Source: Macrostomum lignano
Lineage: Eukaryota
Assembly: GCA_002269645.1 (NCBI GenBank)
Contig: NIVC01003954.1
Span: forward strand, 1-64,000
Length of the DNA stretch: 64,000 nt
Direction of reading: 5' to 3'
The position numbers were made by a program, and so were the translations under genes. This document shows, piece by piece, positions 24,431-37,136 of this stretch. The notes beneath the pieces were generated by a model. That model was given only the letters and a program-made list of their open reading frames with translations. It was not told the origin of the DNA and searched no databases. The stretch's first letter is position 1. Every line of letters starts with the position of its first letter.

Positions 24431-24777
24431 GAGAGAGGAATGGAGGACTTTCTAGTTAGACTTAAGTTAGAACTAATTAGACTTTCTAATGGTCAGGCAT
24501 GTACACACTTTATGCCTTGGGGGCTGGCCCTCATGGCTGCGAATAGCTCGACAACCCCCAAAAGAATGTCGCGAGAGCCAGACACGTTTACCCATGAACG
24601 CAAAAGCATTGGATACTCTCCATCTCTAATTGGCCAGTTGAGCACCAACCAATGAGAGTGGCTTGTCATCATTTGAAAATTGACTCAAGCCAAGTTGTAT
24701 CTTGTATCTTGCCTGCAGTAGCAGCCCGCGTTGTCGTCAGTTCAGCAAGAGGTTTAGCTTTGCCTATTGCTAACTCA

Positions 24778-25166
24778 ATGACGGGTTTGTTGTTGCAGCT
24801 GTGTTTCTTGTTGCTATGCCAACACGCGCCAGTCGGTCGCTGCCTGCTTCATCGGAGCTGCACCAACCGACTCAGTCTGTACGTTGTGGTACCCAGGTGC
24901 ACGGCTTACTATGTGAATGCGGCCCTGATTGACCCGGCTTACCGGCTGGGCTGGCGGGCGGTGCAGAGACGCCAGTCCGAGTTCCATCCGCTGCTTACTG
25001 GCTCCGGTGACAGAGCGGTCAGCCACCAGTTCATCTACGAGGATGTCAAATGGTACGAGAAAGTCCTGGAGGGTGTGACAGACGGTTCAGCGACTGATGT
25101 GGAGACGGTGGACCCATACTACCTCAACTACAGGATGAACGCCTACTTCTATAATGTTTCCGTTGG
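24778..25166 (+). CDS. Receptor guanylyl cyclase variable cassette V1, exon a (signal peptide + start of ANF-receptor ligand-binding domain)
   Basis: MTGLLLQLCFLLLC hydrophobic leader; LSLYVVVP...IDPAYRLG resembles the first strand/helix of the ANF-receptor fold; donor GG|GTGAGT, phase 2. Confidence 0.75.
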
Positions 25167-25204
25167 GTGAGTCTTGCGTTCGTTTTATGCGGGGCAATGA
25201 TGAC

Positions 25205-25790
25205 GAGAGGAGGGGAGATGTGGGGAGAGGAGATGCGAGGAGAGGAGGAGAGAAGTGGAGAGAGGAGATGTGGGGAGAGGATATGTGGAAGAGGAGATGT
25301 GGGGGGGGAGAAGATGTGAGGAGAGGAGATGTGGGGAGAGGAGAGGAGATGTGGGGAGAGGAGAGGAGATGTGGGAAGAGGAGAGGAGATGTGGGAAGAG
25401 GAGAGGAGATGTGGGGAGAGGAGATGTGGGGAGAGGAGATGTGGGAAGAGGAGATGTGGGAAGAGGAGAGAAGATGTGGGGAGAGGAGAGATGTGGGGAG
25501 AGGAGATGTGGGGAGAGGAGATGTGGGGAGAGGAGATGTGGAGAGAGGAGAGGAGATGTGGGGAGAGGAGAGGAGATGTGGGAAGAGGAGATGTGGGAAG
25601 AGGAGATGTGGGGAGAGGAGAAGAGATGTGTGGAGAGGAGGAGAGATGTCGGGAGAAGAGAGAAGTGGGAGGAGGGGAGATGGGAGAGGAGAGGAGATGT
25701 GAGGAGACGAGGAGGAGAACTGGGGAGAGGAGAGGAGAAGAGGGTGGTGTGGGGAGAGGAGGAGAGAAGAGGACAGAGACAGGAGAGGAC
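25205..25790 (+). repeat. (GGAGAGGAGATGTG)n purine-rich satellite
   Basis: Tandem units at the start of the V1 internal intron. Confidence 0.9.
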
Positions 25791-26147
25791 AGAGGTAGGT
25801 GAGCAGAGATACTGAGCCTGGAACTGTGGAGCTGAGTGGGGGGGACTGTAGAAGCCCAGCTGAGAAACCAGCAGGGATGATCATCAACTCAATGTGCTGA
25901 GAATCGAATAACGCACTTCTTTATATCCAAGCTTCTGGTGGAAGCACGTTGAGAGCAGCGAATAAGAGCTCATTCCAGACCTCATCAGCCACCAGTCAAG
26001 TCCAGTCTGATTACTCAATAATTTATGTACGAGTAGCTTGTTGCATCGGCTGGCAACTCAAGAGTTAATAAATACACTATTATCAAACCCTTCCAGTTCA
26101 TGTAGCTCCAGAGTTTGTGGGGAAAATCGGGGAAATGGGGAAAATAG

Positions 26148-26500
<353 letters not shown>

Positions 26501-26942
26501 AAATGAAAGGTTAGCCCGAGTTTTCGCAAGTGCATAGAAACGTCTGTGCAGGTGTTGGGCGGGAGCCTGCCTGCACCGGTGATCCAATTATCCCTTTGCT
26601 CGTAAAGGATACTTCGAGTCATTCCGAATGATGCGGCTGTCGCTTATGCGAGACGTTGAAAATAATTAAAGACAGAAATTTAGCTTAAACTGCAGGCCGC
26701 GAAAATTGCGGCGGGGCATTTGGAGTTCTCAAGCTCTTATCCTGCTCTCATCTTCGGGAGAACGGCTAACCAGGCTGCTGTGCTGTGGCATTCACGAAAT
26801 TTTGCAGTTCATTTTTATCTTTTAAAAGTTCGATTAATTATGTTTTTGGATCATCTGTAAAGGTTCTAGTAGAAAGAAAAGTAAAGTGTACACTTTGTTG
26901 TTCTCTAAAAGCTAAAAGTCTAAAAGAATCCATCTAAAAGAA

Positions 26943-27085
26943 GGGATAGCCAAGTGGCTAGAGCATCGGACTCACGACTGAAAGGTCGGGAGTTCGACTC
27001 TCGACCAACTCGGAACAATTTGCGTCCTTGAGCAAGACACTTAACTCTGCATTGCTTCAGTTCACCCAGCTGTAAAATGGGTTTC
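26943..27085 (+). mobile_element. tRNA-derived CORE-type SINE
   Basis: Pol III A-box TAGCCAAGTGG and B-box GTTCGACTC, followed by a MIR/CORE-like domain TCCTTGAGCAAGACACTTAAC...CTGTAAAATGGG. Confidence 0.85.
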
Positions 27086-27134
27086 AGCATTAGCTGGCGT
27101 AATTGAGGATGTGTGGTGACCCCCTCCCCTCCTT

Positions 27135-27185
27135 GATCATCATCATCATCATCACCACCACCATCATCACCATCATAATCATCAG

Positions 27186-27217
<32 letters not shown>

Positions 27218-27248
27218 CCACCACCATCATCACCATCATAATCATCAG

Positions 27249-27292
<44 letters not shown>

Positions 27293-27293
27293 G

Positions 27294-27329
<36 letters not shown>

Positions 27330-27382
27330 TATCATCTTCTTCTTTACCACCACCATCATCATCATCATCAGAATCATCATCC

Positions 27383-27433
<51 letters not shown>

Positions 27434-27538
27434 GCATCATCATCACATCATCATCTTCATCATCACCATCATCATCTTCATCATCATCGTCACCAACTTC
27501 ATTATCATCATCACCAAAATCATCATCAGTATCATCAT
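27135..27538 (+). repeat. (CAT)n microsatellite
   Basis: Source of the poly-Met/poly-Ile pseudo-ORFs. Confidence 0.97.
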
Positions 27539-28449
27539 GATGTAGAGAGTAGAGTACTCGTAGGAAAAGAAATTATTAAGGCACAGAATGCTCATCCGAG
27601 TGTTTCTGTAGTGTTTGAGAAATATTTTTTGGAGAACTTCATAGGATAAAAATACGAAGCTCGAGTTTCTCTGTTGTCTCTCCAGAGCCGGGGTTTGGTT
27701 CTGTTTGAGAAGTCTCAGGTCATGTCCGTTGTGCTGATTTTTCAAGTTTGCATAATATCAAATAAATATTGCTCCGTCCGCGTAAGTCGGCAAGCTTTCC
27801 TTATAGTCCGTCTTATTCTATTCCAAACTGCATTAACTTCAAACTTGGTTTGTGTGTGCGCGAGTGGCCGGTGCAGAGCACTTTCTTTGCTATTTCCTTG
27901 CCTCTCTCTCTCTCTCTCTGTGTGTGTGTGCTGTCTTCAAGTCAATAATTGTCTTCTCAAATCAGAGAGAGAGAGAGAGAGAGAAGTTTTGCGTGACTTG
28001 CATCGTGTCTAAAGATGTATTTTGTTTCAATTTTGCTGCCGCAACTCGACTCTCACCTGATAAGTCATCGAAAAAACGAACGTACTGAAGTGTTAATCAA
28101 GTTAAGTCTTAATCAATGATTAATGTAAATTTTTTCCATTGACATTTAACTAGCCTGCATCAGACAGTTGACTGACGGCAACACGTTGCCGTGATTAACC
28201 AGTCCCGCAGTGAAGCCCCACGAGTGGCTCTCTTCTCTTTTGTGGGGCTTTCATACTCAGGCAGATTTTGCCCATGCTTCGGAATTTTCACTGTTGATTG
28301 TGTCCGTTAAAGCTCTTTTGTTGAGATTGAGGCCAAAGGAGGGGAGGGAGAGAGTGGAGAGAAGAGGGAGGAGAGAAGAAAGAAGAGAGAAGATAAGTGA
28401 GAGAAGAGAGAGGAGAAAAGAGAAGAGAGAGAGAGAGAGAGAGAAGAGA

Positions 28450-29453
28450 GGTCACGCCGTGTTTAACAAAATTTTTTAAATATGGGCTACCGGTTTCGAG
28501 CCTCTGGGCTCTTCGTCAGGCCAAAAATCTGTGTGTAATGCAATGCAAGTTGGTCTTTTAAGTATTATTTTTCTTAGTCTGATAAAATTGATGAGTAAGT
28601 TGTACATATGACGGATGTTCATTTAAAACCCTGTTTTGTCTAGCTCTAACTTGTGCCAGAGGCTTTTCACCATTCATTTCAATCGACAGTATATTTGTTA
28701 TATAAAAAATGTTTTTTTTCGAAGTACTATACGATATGCGATACTATACGATTAGATGAAATGCCGGTATTGAAGGTAGGAGCATAAAAATCGATATTTG
28801 TGCGTACAATCAAGCAGTTTGAATAAAATAAATGACACGTGAATAAATATTGGTTAAAATGATTAAATGTTTCCTGGCTGAGACTTGAACTTATTGGAAG
28901 CCAGGAGGCTCTGTAAGTTACGTTGCCGTGTAAATGCGGGCAGTATGCGGGAGCCTGGTTTATTTTGTAGCTTATCAAAGTTTTTAGCAATCTCGTTGGC
29001 AAGCCAGACCGTAGATGGGTGAAAAGGCAGGACCAGTGGGATGGGTCGGAGAAGATGATTGTCAACCCTGATGTTCGTACCTGGCGGTTTGTCAGTCCCC
29101 AGTTTTTTAATCCAGATTTCTTCCCTTAGTTCGATTTTGTTGTTATTAAGAACCTGTTCGATAGCAATGGAGACAAAGTTTGCAATCGAGTGATTGGGGG
29201 GTGAGAAAGTGCTCTGACCCCGAAGTTACGACTCTCCTGTTAATATTTGACCTGTGCTGGTTCATTCTATCTCTCATTGTTCTTCTAGTCATCCCTACAT
29301 AGAAGATTTTCCCAGGGTGGCACTGGTTGCAGGAGATGCCATAGATGATGTTCTTGGAGCCACAGGACAGGCTCTGAGAGATTAAAAATCCGGAAGCCGG
29401 TCTCAGTCCCTGGGCAGAGAGAGCAGGCGGTGAGTGGGTGCAGCATTTTCAGC
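28450..29453 (-). mobile_element. 5'-truncated Penelope-like element A (Cys-rich linker + GIY-YIG + pLTR)
   Basis: The minus strand reads KCCTH...SCGSKNIIYGISCNQCHPGKIFYVGMTRRTMRDRMNQHRSNI (one extra base in the G6 run at ~29196-29201) ...REEIWIKKLGT.KPPGTN...PIPLVLPF...LPAFTRQRNLQSLL, stop at 28863. Flanked by (GA)n on both sides. Confidence 0.85.
28485..28522 (-). ncRNA. Minimal type I hammerhead ribozyme (PLE-A pLTR)
   Basis: Minus strand GGC-CTGACGA(a)-GAGC ccagag GCTC-GAAA-CCGG-TA-GCC: core, helix II, palindromic helix III (ACCGGT), GUA cleavage site, 3-bp helix I. Confidence 0.85.
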
Positions 29454-29559
29454 GAGAGAGAGAGAGGGAGAGAGAGAGAGAGAGGGAGAGAGAGAGAGAG
29501 AGGGAGAGAGAGAGAGAGGGAGAGAGAGAGAGAGGGAGAGAGAGAGAGAGGGAGAGAGG

Positions 29560-31263
29560 AGGGCACCTCCAATCTCGGGCACTGACACGGTAGAAAGTCA
29601 GAAAGGACTGAAAAAAGTCAATTTAAATTGAGTAGCCGATATTTCGAAATTAAATTTCTTCGTCAGGGCTGTAAGCGAGTGAAGTTTATTTGGCGCGAAT
29701 TGCCATCAATATATAAAGGCGATATCGCCAGGGAGAGACGATCGATAAATTGATGTGCTCAAGCACTTAAAACAGTACGCATGGTCAGTACATAAAAACG
29801 AGTCCGAGACTATGAGAAAAGCGGGGGGTGGCTAAAACTGTACAAGTGGGCCTCGACGACCTTTGAGTGTAGAATAAAAATTGTAAAAATAAATGGCAAA
29901 ATAAATAGGTAAGGTAAATAAAAATTATTATTAAATGCTCAGAGCAAAAAAGGCAGGTGCACCGTACACAGTGTCAGAAAAATGAATAAAAAGCAGAGAA
30001 TAAATAATCTGAATAAATCAAAATAAAGTCAATGAAAAAATCACAGAGGGGAAAAAATAGCAGTAAAAGAGCCTTTGTACAGGCGTCAAAAGGGGCCTAG
30101 TTGGCAGGATCGAGCCGACTATGAGAGAGCAGAGTCCGGAGGCTTCTCCCCTTGGTGTAGGCGGGCAGCACCGGGGTCTCGCAGTGGCGTATCACCCTGT
30201 CCTTCACTTTGGCAGCCAGGGCGTCGGAGGTCGCACAGTGGGCAGGATCAGCGGGATGGCCGGTTTGTGCAGTATGCCGGCAAGTTCGTTGGCGCCGTGT
30301 GGAACATGAGTCCTCAGGACCTCGATAAACTTGGCCTCCTGGCGCTGACGCCGCTCGTCAGCTCTGGGTCCTGTGCCATCGCGTGTCCAGATGCCGGTGA
30401 AGGCGAAGTCCGTCAGACTGTGGCCACCGCTGGTGAAGTGGCGCGCTACCGGAGTGTCACGGGTGTGCCGGATGTCACCGATGTGCGCCAGCATGCGACC
30501 GCGGATGCTGTTGGCGGTCTCGCCGACGTAGACCGTGTGGTCGCACCGGCGGCAGAACACGGCATCGACGGCGTTCGTGGCGTTGCAGTCGATCCGCTGA
30601 CTGATGATGAGCTGGACTGTCGTGGCTGCTGATCCGGGGCAGACGGAGGTGAACCTGGCGTGCGCCTGGCAGCACTTGCAGAGTCGGGCCGAGTTGCACG
30701 GCAGGAAGCCGAACTCCCACCGTCTGGTCGGGTAGAAGCCGAGCTCCGTCAGCACGTCGTACTTGATGGTGCGGAGGAAGCGCCGGCTGTAGCCTTGGTG
30801 CTGCACCAGATTCGACATCAGCCCGGTGCACGCTGCGTCGAAGTCGGCCATCCGGGAGCACCGCCGGGCGTACCTGAGGAGCTGGGACTTTACCACGCCC
30901 CGGAAAGTTCGCTTAGGATGGAAGGAGCCGCGGTGGATGAGGACTCGGCTGTCGGTGGGCTTGAAATATACCCTGGTTGCCAGGCTTTTGCTGTCGCCTT
31001 CGCGGTCCCAGAAGACGGTGGTGTCTAGGAAGTTCACCTCTGTGCTGCTGTAGCTCAGTTGAAGTCGGATGTTGGGGTCGAGGGCGTCCAGGTGTTGATG
31101 GAACTGGACCAGCTCCGCCTCTGTGCCACGCCACACTCCAAAGACGTCGTCGATGTAGCGGAGCCACAGGCTGGGCTTCTGCGGGCTGGTCTCCAGGCCT
31201 CTCTGCTCTGTTTCGAAATTGTTATTTTCTTCGTCAGGGCAGATAAGAGAGAGCATTTGCAGC
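29560..31263 (-). mobile_element. 5'-truncated Penelope-like element B (RT + Cys-rich linker + GIY-YIG + pLTR)
   Basis: RT motifs PSLWLRYIDDVF, VNFLDTTV, YFKPTDS; LCKCC linker; AVFCRRC...YVGET...RMLAH...PVARHF; after a frameshift LPAYTKGRSLRTLLS, stop at 30097. Embedded in (GA)n. Confidence 0.92.
29634..29670 (-). ncRNA. Minimal type I hammerhead ribozyme (PLE-B pLTR)
   Basis: Minus strand AGCC-CTGACGA(a)-GAAA tttaa TTTC-GAAA-TA-TC-GGCT: 4-bp helix I, 4-bp helix II, palindromic helix III (ATAT), AUC site. Confidence 0.82.
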
Positions 31264-31299
31264 GAGAGAGAGAGAGAGAGGGAGAGAGGGAGAGAGAGG

Positions 31300-31336
<37 letters not shown>

Positions 31337-32039
31337 GAGCAGAGAGAAGAGAGAGGAGACAAAACAAGAAGAGAAAGAAGAAAAGCGAAGAGGATAGAAA
31401 AGAAGAGGAGAGAGAAAAGAGAAGAGACAGCAGATTAGAGATAAGAGAGCTGACAGGACACGCAAACCTTGAAGGTAATTGCTATTGTGAAGTTTCAAAA
31501 ATACCCGAGGGCCGGATAGAGAGGCTTTGCGGGCCGCATCTAATAAAGAAGCAGCTTGATCAACTTTCAGACTTGATAAACTTGAAACAGCCGATGTGTC
31601 AAGTAGCACATACGAATAGCACTCGCTGCGCCTTAGAGCTTGTCCTTCGCGGTAGTGAACCGCACATGATGATGAGCCAAGCACGGAATCAAACTTTGAA
31701 GCGTGCCGGATCAGAAGCTGACGTGGACTGAAGCATCGGGTTATCTCTCCAATTAAAGGCAGCTGAGCTAGCGGCTTCTTGAGACAATTCAAGTCACACC
31801 TGGGAGTCCGGTGTAGGGAAGGGAAAGGAAGGGAAGAAAGAAAGGGAAAGGAAGAGAGAGAGGCTGCGGATGTCGAGACTGAAGGGTTTATTAAATTGCA
31901 GTGAGGTGAGAACCGCTCGACTTAATCCTAGGGGCTGAGAGATACCTGCGCACTCGAGTGATTAAAAGCGTACTTTTGGTTGTTGAAAAAACCGCTTTTT
32001 TGCCTGATCCTGGATCCCAGAACTGAACTATGGCTGCCT

Positions 32040-33290
32040 ATGAATCTTAATGGAATTAGGGTGAATCTTAATGGAATTAGGGTGAATCTTAATGGAATTA
32101 GGGTTAATCATAACAGGAATTAGGGTGAATCTTAATGGAATTAGGGTTAATCATAACAGGAATTAGGGTGAATCTTAATGGAATTAGGGTGAATCTTAAT
32201 GGGTGAATCTTAATGGAATTAGGGTTAATCATAACAGGAATTAGGGTGAATCTTAATGGAATTAGGGTTAATCATAACAGGAATTAGGGTGAATCTTAAT
32301 GGAATTAGGGTTAATCATAACAGGAATTAGGGTGAATCTTAATGGAATTAGGGTTAATCATAACAGGAATTAGGGTGAATCTTAATGGAATTAGGGTTAA
32401 TCATAACAGGAATTAGGGTGAATCTTAATAGAATTAGGGTCAATCATAACAGGAATTAGGGTGAATCTTAATGGGAATTAGGGTGAATCTTAATGGGAAT
32501 TAGGGTGACTCTTAATGGGAATTAGGGTGAATCTTAATGGGAATTAGGGTGACTCTTAATGGAATACGGGTGAATCTTAATGGGAATTAGGGTGACTCTT
32601 AATGGGAATTAGGGTGAATCTTAATGGAATACGGGTGAATCTTAATGGGAATTAGGGTGAATCTTAATGGAATTAGGATGAATCTTAATGGGAATTAGGA
32701 TGAATCTTAATGGAATTAGGGTGACTCTTAATGGGAATTAGGGTGAATCTTAATGGGAGTTAGGGTGACTCTTAATGGGAATTAGGGTGAATCTTAATTG
32801 AATTAGGGTGAATCTTAATGTTATTAGAGTGAATCTGAATAGAATTGGAGTGAATCTCAATGGAATTAGGGTGAATCTTAATAGGAATTAGAGTGAATCT
32901 TAATGGAATTAGGGTGAATCATAATGTTCCCCCTCGAATGGACGTACAAAAAGGTGACTACTTCTCAAATTTCAGTACTACTTATCGCTTCTTCACCTCA
33001 GGAGTAGTGTCTATGGTTTTATATTTCGGCTTTCGATTTGGAAGCTGATTGAGCATTCTGGTGTATTCTGTGGGTGAATCTTAATGAGAATTAGGGTGAA
33101 TCTTAATTGAATTAGAGTGAATCTTAATGTTATTAGAGTGAATCTTAATAGAATTGGAGTGAATCTATATGGAATTAGGGTTAATCTTAGTGGAATTAGG
33201 GTGAATCCTAATGGAATTAGGGGTTAATCTTAATGGAATTAGGGTGAATCTTATTGGGAATTAGGGTGAATCTTAATGAGAATTAGGGTG
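32040..33290 (+). repeat. 21-23 bp minisatellite (GAATTAGGGTGAATCTTAATG)n with a unique ~145-bp island at 32926-33070
   Basis: Tandem units, each containing TTAGGG. Confidence 0.93.
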
Positions 33291-33869
33291 AATCTTTCAA
33301 CCCTTTGTACTGAAAAAAACAGATCAGATTATTTGTTAAATTATTCAAAAAAAATTGTCAATGCGCCAGGACTGAAGTTAATGGACTCAATCAGAACGAA
33401 ATCTCTCAGATTAGCAAATCCAATTCCCTCTGTTTCCTGCATCTCGGCTCTTCTCACGCCAGCATGAGAGGCAAATGCATTTTCTCAGGTTTTGTATTGT
33501 TCCACCTGTTAATTATAAGAGTTCCGCTATCTCCCTCTCCCTCTCTGTGTCTCTCTAAAATTCTGCAACCCACAGTCGAGAGCTGACATTGAAGACTTTC
33601 CTCAACTGAACATACTTGCAGTTGCGCTAATTTTGCAGATAGAGCAGCCTGTAATTTGAAGAGTCAGCTGCGCTAATGTTCGGCTCAGCTCAAATATTTT
33701 TTCACCTTTTTTAACATAATAAAATTCGCTGGTTTTTACTATAAGTAGATCGGTAGAATTTGACTGGCTTTCGTCAATCGATGAGTTTGAAACTGAATGG
33801 TTGAATAGGAAGCAGATGGGCGAAATTGCACCTGCTGCTGCTGCTAGGGAGGCAGAGGGAAAGGGAGAG

Positions 33870-34610
33870 ATAGAGGGGGAGAGGAGAGAAAGGAGAGGAG
33901 AGGGGGGAGATACAGAAGGGAGAGGGGGGAGGAGAGAGGGGAGAGGTGAGAGGGGAGGGAGAGAGGGGAGAGGGGAGAGGGGAGGGAGAGAGGGGAGAGG
34001 AGAGAGGGGAGAGGAGAGAGGGGAGAGGAGAGAGGGGAGAGGAGAGAGGGGAGAGGAGAGAGGGGAGAGGAGAGAGGGGAGAGGAGAGAGGGGAGAGGAG
34101 AGAGGGGAGAGGGGAGAGGGGAGGGAGAGAGGGGAGAGGGGAGAGGGGAGGGAGAGAGGGGAGAGGAGAGAGGGGAGAGGAGAGAGGGGAGAGGAGAGAG
34201 GGGAGAGGAGAGAGGGGAGGAGAGAGGGAGAGGAGAGAGGGGAGGGAGAGAGGAGAGGGGGGAGAGGGGAGACGGGAGAGGGGAGAGGGGAGAGGGGAGA
34301 GGGAGGGAGAGAGTGGAGAGGAGAGAGGGAGAGGGGAGAGGGGAGGGAGAGAGGGAGAGGGGAGAGGGGAGGGAGAGAGGTGAGAGGGGAGAGGGGAGAG
34401 GAGAGAGCAGAAAGAAAGAGGGGAGAGGTTAGAGGGAAGAGAAGGGAGGGGAGAGTGGGGAAGTGGGAGAGGGTGAAGTGGAGAGGGCAAAGGGGAGAGG
34501 GAGAGGGGAGAGGAGAGACCGGGAGAGTGGAGAGAGGAGAGAGGAGAGGTGAGAAAGGGGAGGGGAGAGGGTAAAGTGGAGAGAGAGAAGAGGGGGAGGG
34601 TCACGGGGAG
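33870..34610 (+). repeat. Pure purine (GGGGAGAGGAGAGA)-type low-complexity tract
   Basis: Composition. Confidence 0.93.
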
Positions 34611-34724
34611 AAGGGGGAAAGAGAGCGAGAGTCACAGGAAAGCAGTGAGGCAGATGAGGCACACAACCCTTGTGAGCTGTCTCTGTCGCGCACCTGGCAA
34701 ACCGATTCACACCAATAACCGCAG

Positions 34725-35140
34725 GCGCCTCTGCATCCACGCCTTCTTCGGGCCGGTGTCGGACTACTCTGTGACGCAGTTCCTGCCGTTCACGTTTCAC
34801 AATGAAATCCCGCTGATCACCTCTGGCGCCATTCATCCAGCATTCGGCATCAAGAGCGGCAGCTCGCTGACCAGAGTGACCCCACTGCTGGTGCAGGACC
34901 TTGCCGCTACCATTGAAGTGCTGATGCTGGACAACAACTGGCGCAGGGTGTCGGTGCTGTACAACGAGCCGCGCTACCGGCCGAAGGGCGACATTCCGAG
35001 CAGTCCGGCGCCCGGCCAGAAGCTGCTCAGGTGGTGCACCGGCGAGTCCAAGCTGGTCGGCATCGACTGCGTATTTGAAGTTGGCGCCGCGGAGACCCTT
35101 GTCAACACGATGAAGCTGAAGATCGGCTTGAGCAGGGCGT
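34725..35140 (+). CDS. Receptor guanylyl cyclase variable cassette V1, exon b
   Basis: Acceptor CGCAG|G (phase 2, matches V1a); IHAFFGPVSDYSV...IPLITSGA...LTRVTP...NNWRRVSVLY is a clear ANF-receptor signature; donor GCGT|GTGAGT, phase 1. Confidence 0.88.
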
Positions 35141-35261
35141 GTGAGTACTAGAAACTTGAATTGTTTCCATTTTGGGTGGCGATACAACTGGGTTCGAACC
35201 CGGGTCATGTATCAATGAGGAATTTTGAGCTGCATGTTTGAGTTAAGATTGATATGAACCA

Positions 35262-35455
35262 TATGAGCTATGAGCTATGAGCTATGAGCTACCAGCTATG
35301 AGCTATGAGCTATGAGCTATGAGCTATGAGCTATGAGCTATGAGCTATGAGCTACCAGCTATGAGCTATGAGCTATGAGCTACCAGCTATGAGCTATGAG
35401 CTATGAGCTATGAGCTATGAGTTACGAGTATGAGTATGAGCTATGAGCTATGAGC
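35262..35455 (+). repeat. (TATGAGC)n heptamer repeat
   Basis: Tandem units. Confidence 0.95.
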
Positions 35456-35929
35456 TGTATTAAAAATGCTAACACACTTTAAATTAAAATGTCCTGATAA
35501 AAAGTTTACAAAAATCAACTTATAAAAGTCATAAAGTAACATATCATTGCTCGTGTGAGCGATGATGAGCAGTGATTGAGTACTCAATGTTTTTATGGTT
35601 TTATATGTTGACTTGTTCTGTGACCTGCTAGCCTCAGGTGTACAGTATGGGCTGGTCAGTCCCATATCGGCCACGTTATGGAGAGATCAAAGATAAGCCA
35701 CATTGGCAATAAAATCCGAGTTACCTTCTTCAGACCCTGGCTCAACTCAAGATAACAGCTCAGACTTAAGTGACTTTTAAAAACTAATTTAATCTCTTGA
35801 GCTGGGTGGAGTCACTTTCGTGCAATCTGTGCAAAACAGAAATTTTTACTAAGAAGTTGACTTAATGTAGAAGTATGACTAATGGAATATATTCGCAATA
35901 GATTTTACTAGCTATATTGTGAAACAACT

Positions 35930-36552
35930 GTAATTAGATAGATTAGCAATCCATTCTATAGCTTGACAAATTAGATAGATTAGCAATCCATTCTATAGCT
36001 TGCCAAATTAGATAGATTAGCAATCCATTCTATAGCTTGGCAAATTAGATAGATTAGCAATCCATTCTATAGCTTGGCAATTAGATAGATTAGCAATCCA
36101 TTCTATAGCTTGACAAATTAGATAGATTAGCAATCCATTCTATAGCTTGACAAATTAGATAGATTAGCAATCCATTCTATAGCTTGGCAATTAGATAAAT
36201 TAGCAATCCATTCTATAGCTTGGCAATTATATAGATTAGCAATCCATTCTATAGCTTGGCAATTAGATAGATTAGCAATCCATTCTATAGCTTGGCAATT
36301 AGATAGATTAGCAATCCATTCTATAGCTTGGCAAATTAGATAGATTAGCAATCCATTCTATAGCTTGGCAAATTAGATAGATTAGCAATCCATTCTATAG
36401 CTTGGCAAATTAGATAGATTAGCAATCCATTCTATAGCTTGGCAAATTAGATAGATTAGCAATCCATTCTATAGCTTGACAAATTAGATAGATTAGCAAT
36501 CCATTCTATAGCTTGGCAATTAGATAGATTAGCAATCCATTCTATAGCTTGA
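35930..36552 (+). repeat. 39-40 bp minisatellite (AATTAGATAGATTAGCAATCCATTCTATAGCTTGGCA)n
   Basis: ~16 tandem units. Confidence 0.95.
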
Positions 36553-36975
36553 CCAGAGTTTATTTACAATAATATTTGCGTTTTGCCGTTGATGTCAGCG
36601 CAAATTCAGCAGTTGCTCTTTTTTAGTGCAAAATCTCTTTCTGAGCAATACTGCGCAATTAGCTCATCATAAGAAAATTAAAAAAGGTTTTTCTTGTTTG
36701 AGAGAACTATCTTTTTGAAAAATATTGGCGGCTTTTATCGTCGGATTTTATCACGGCAACAAAATTAGCGTAGCTTTTGTCGCAGTTCTCCGTTGTTCGG
36801 GCGCCCTAAGCCTGTCCCTATCTGATCCCTTCCTGCCTTCTGCGCGGAAGCAACGGGCTCAAATGTCAGCTGCAGTGTGAAAAACATTCGACAGAACGAT
36901 ATCATTACGCTTGCTAAACCCTGTCAAAATCTGGGTTAAGGTTTTGTCAAAGTCTATGTCGCTAAAACAGGAAGG

Positions 36976-37136
<161 letters not shown>

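Noticed and set aside
26943-27015. tRNA gene
   Set aside because: A- and B-boxes are present, but no closing acceptor stem is evident and it runs directly into a CORE-SINE domain.
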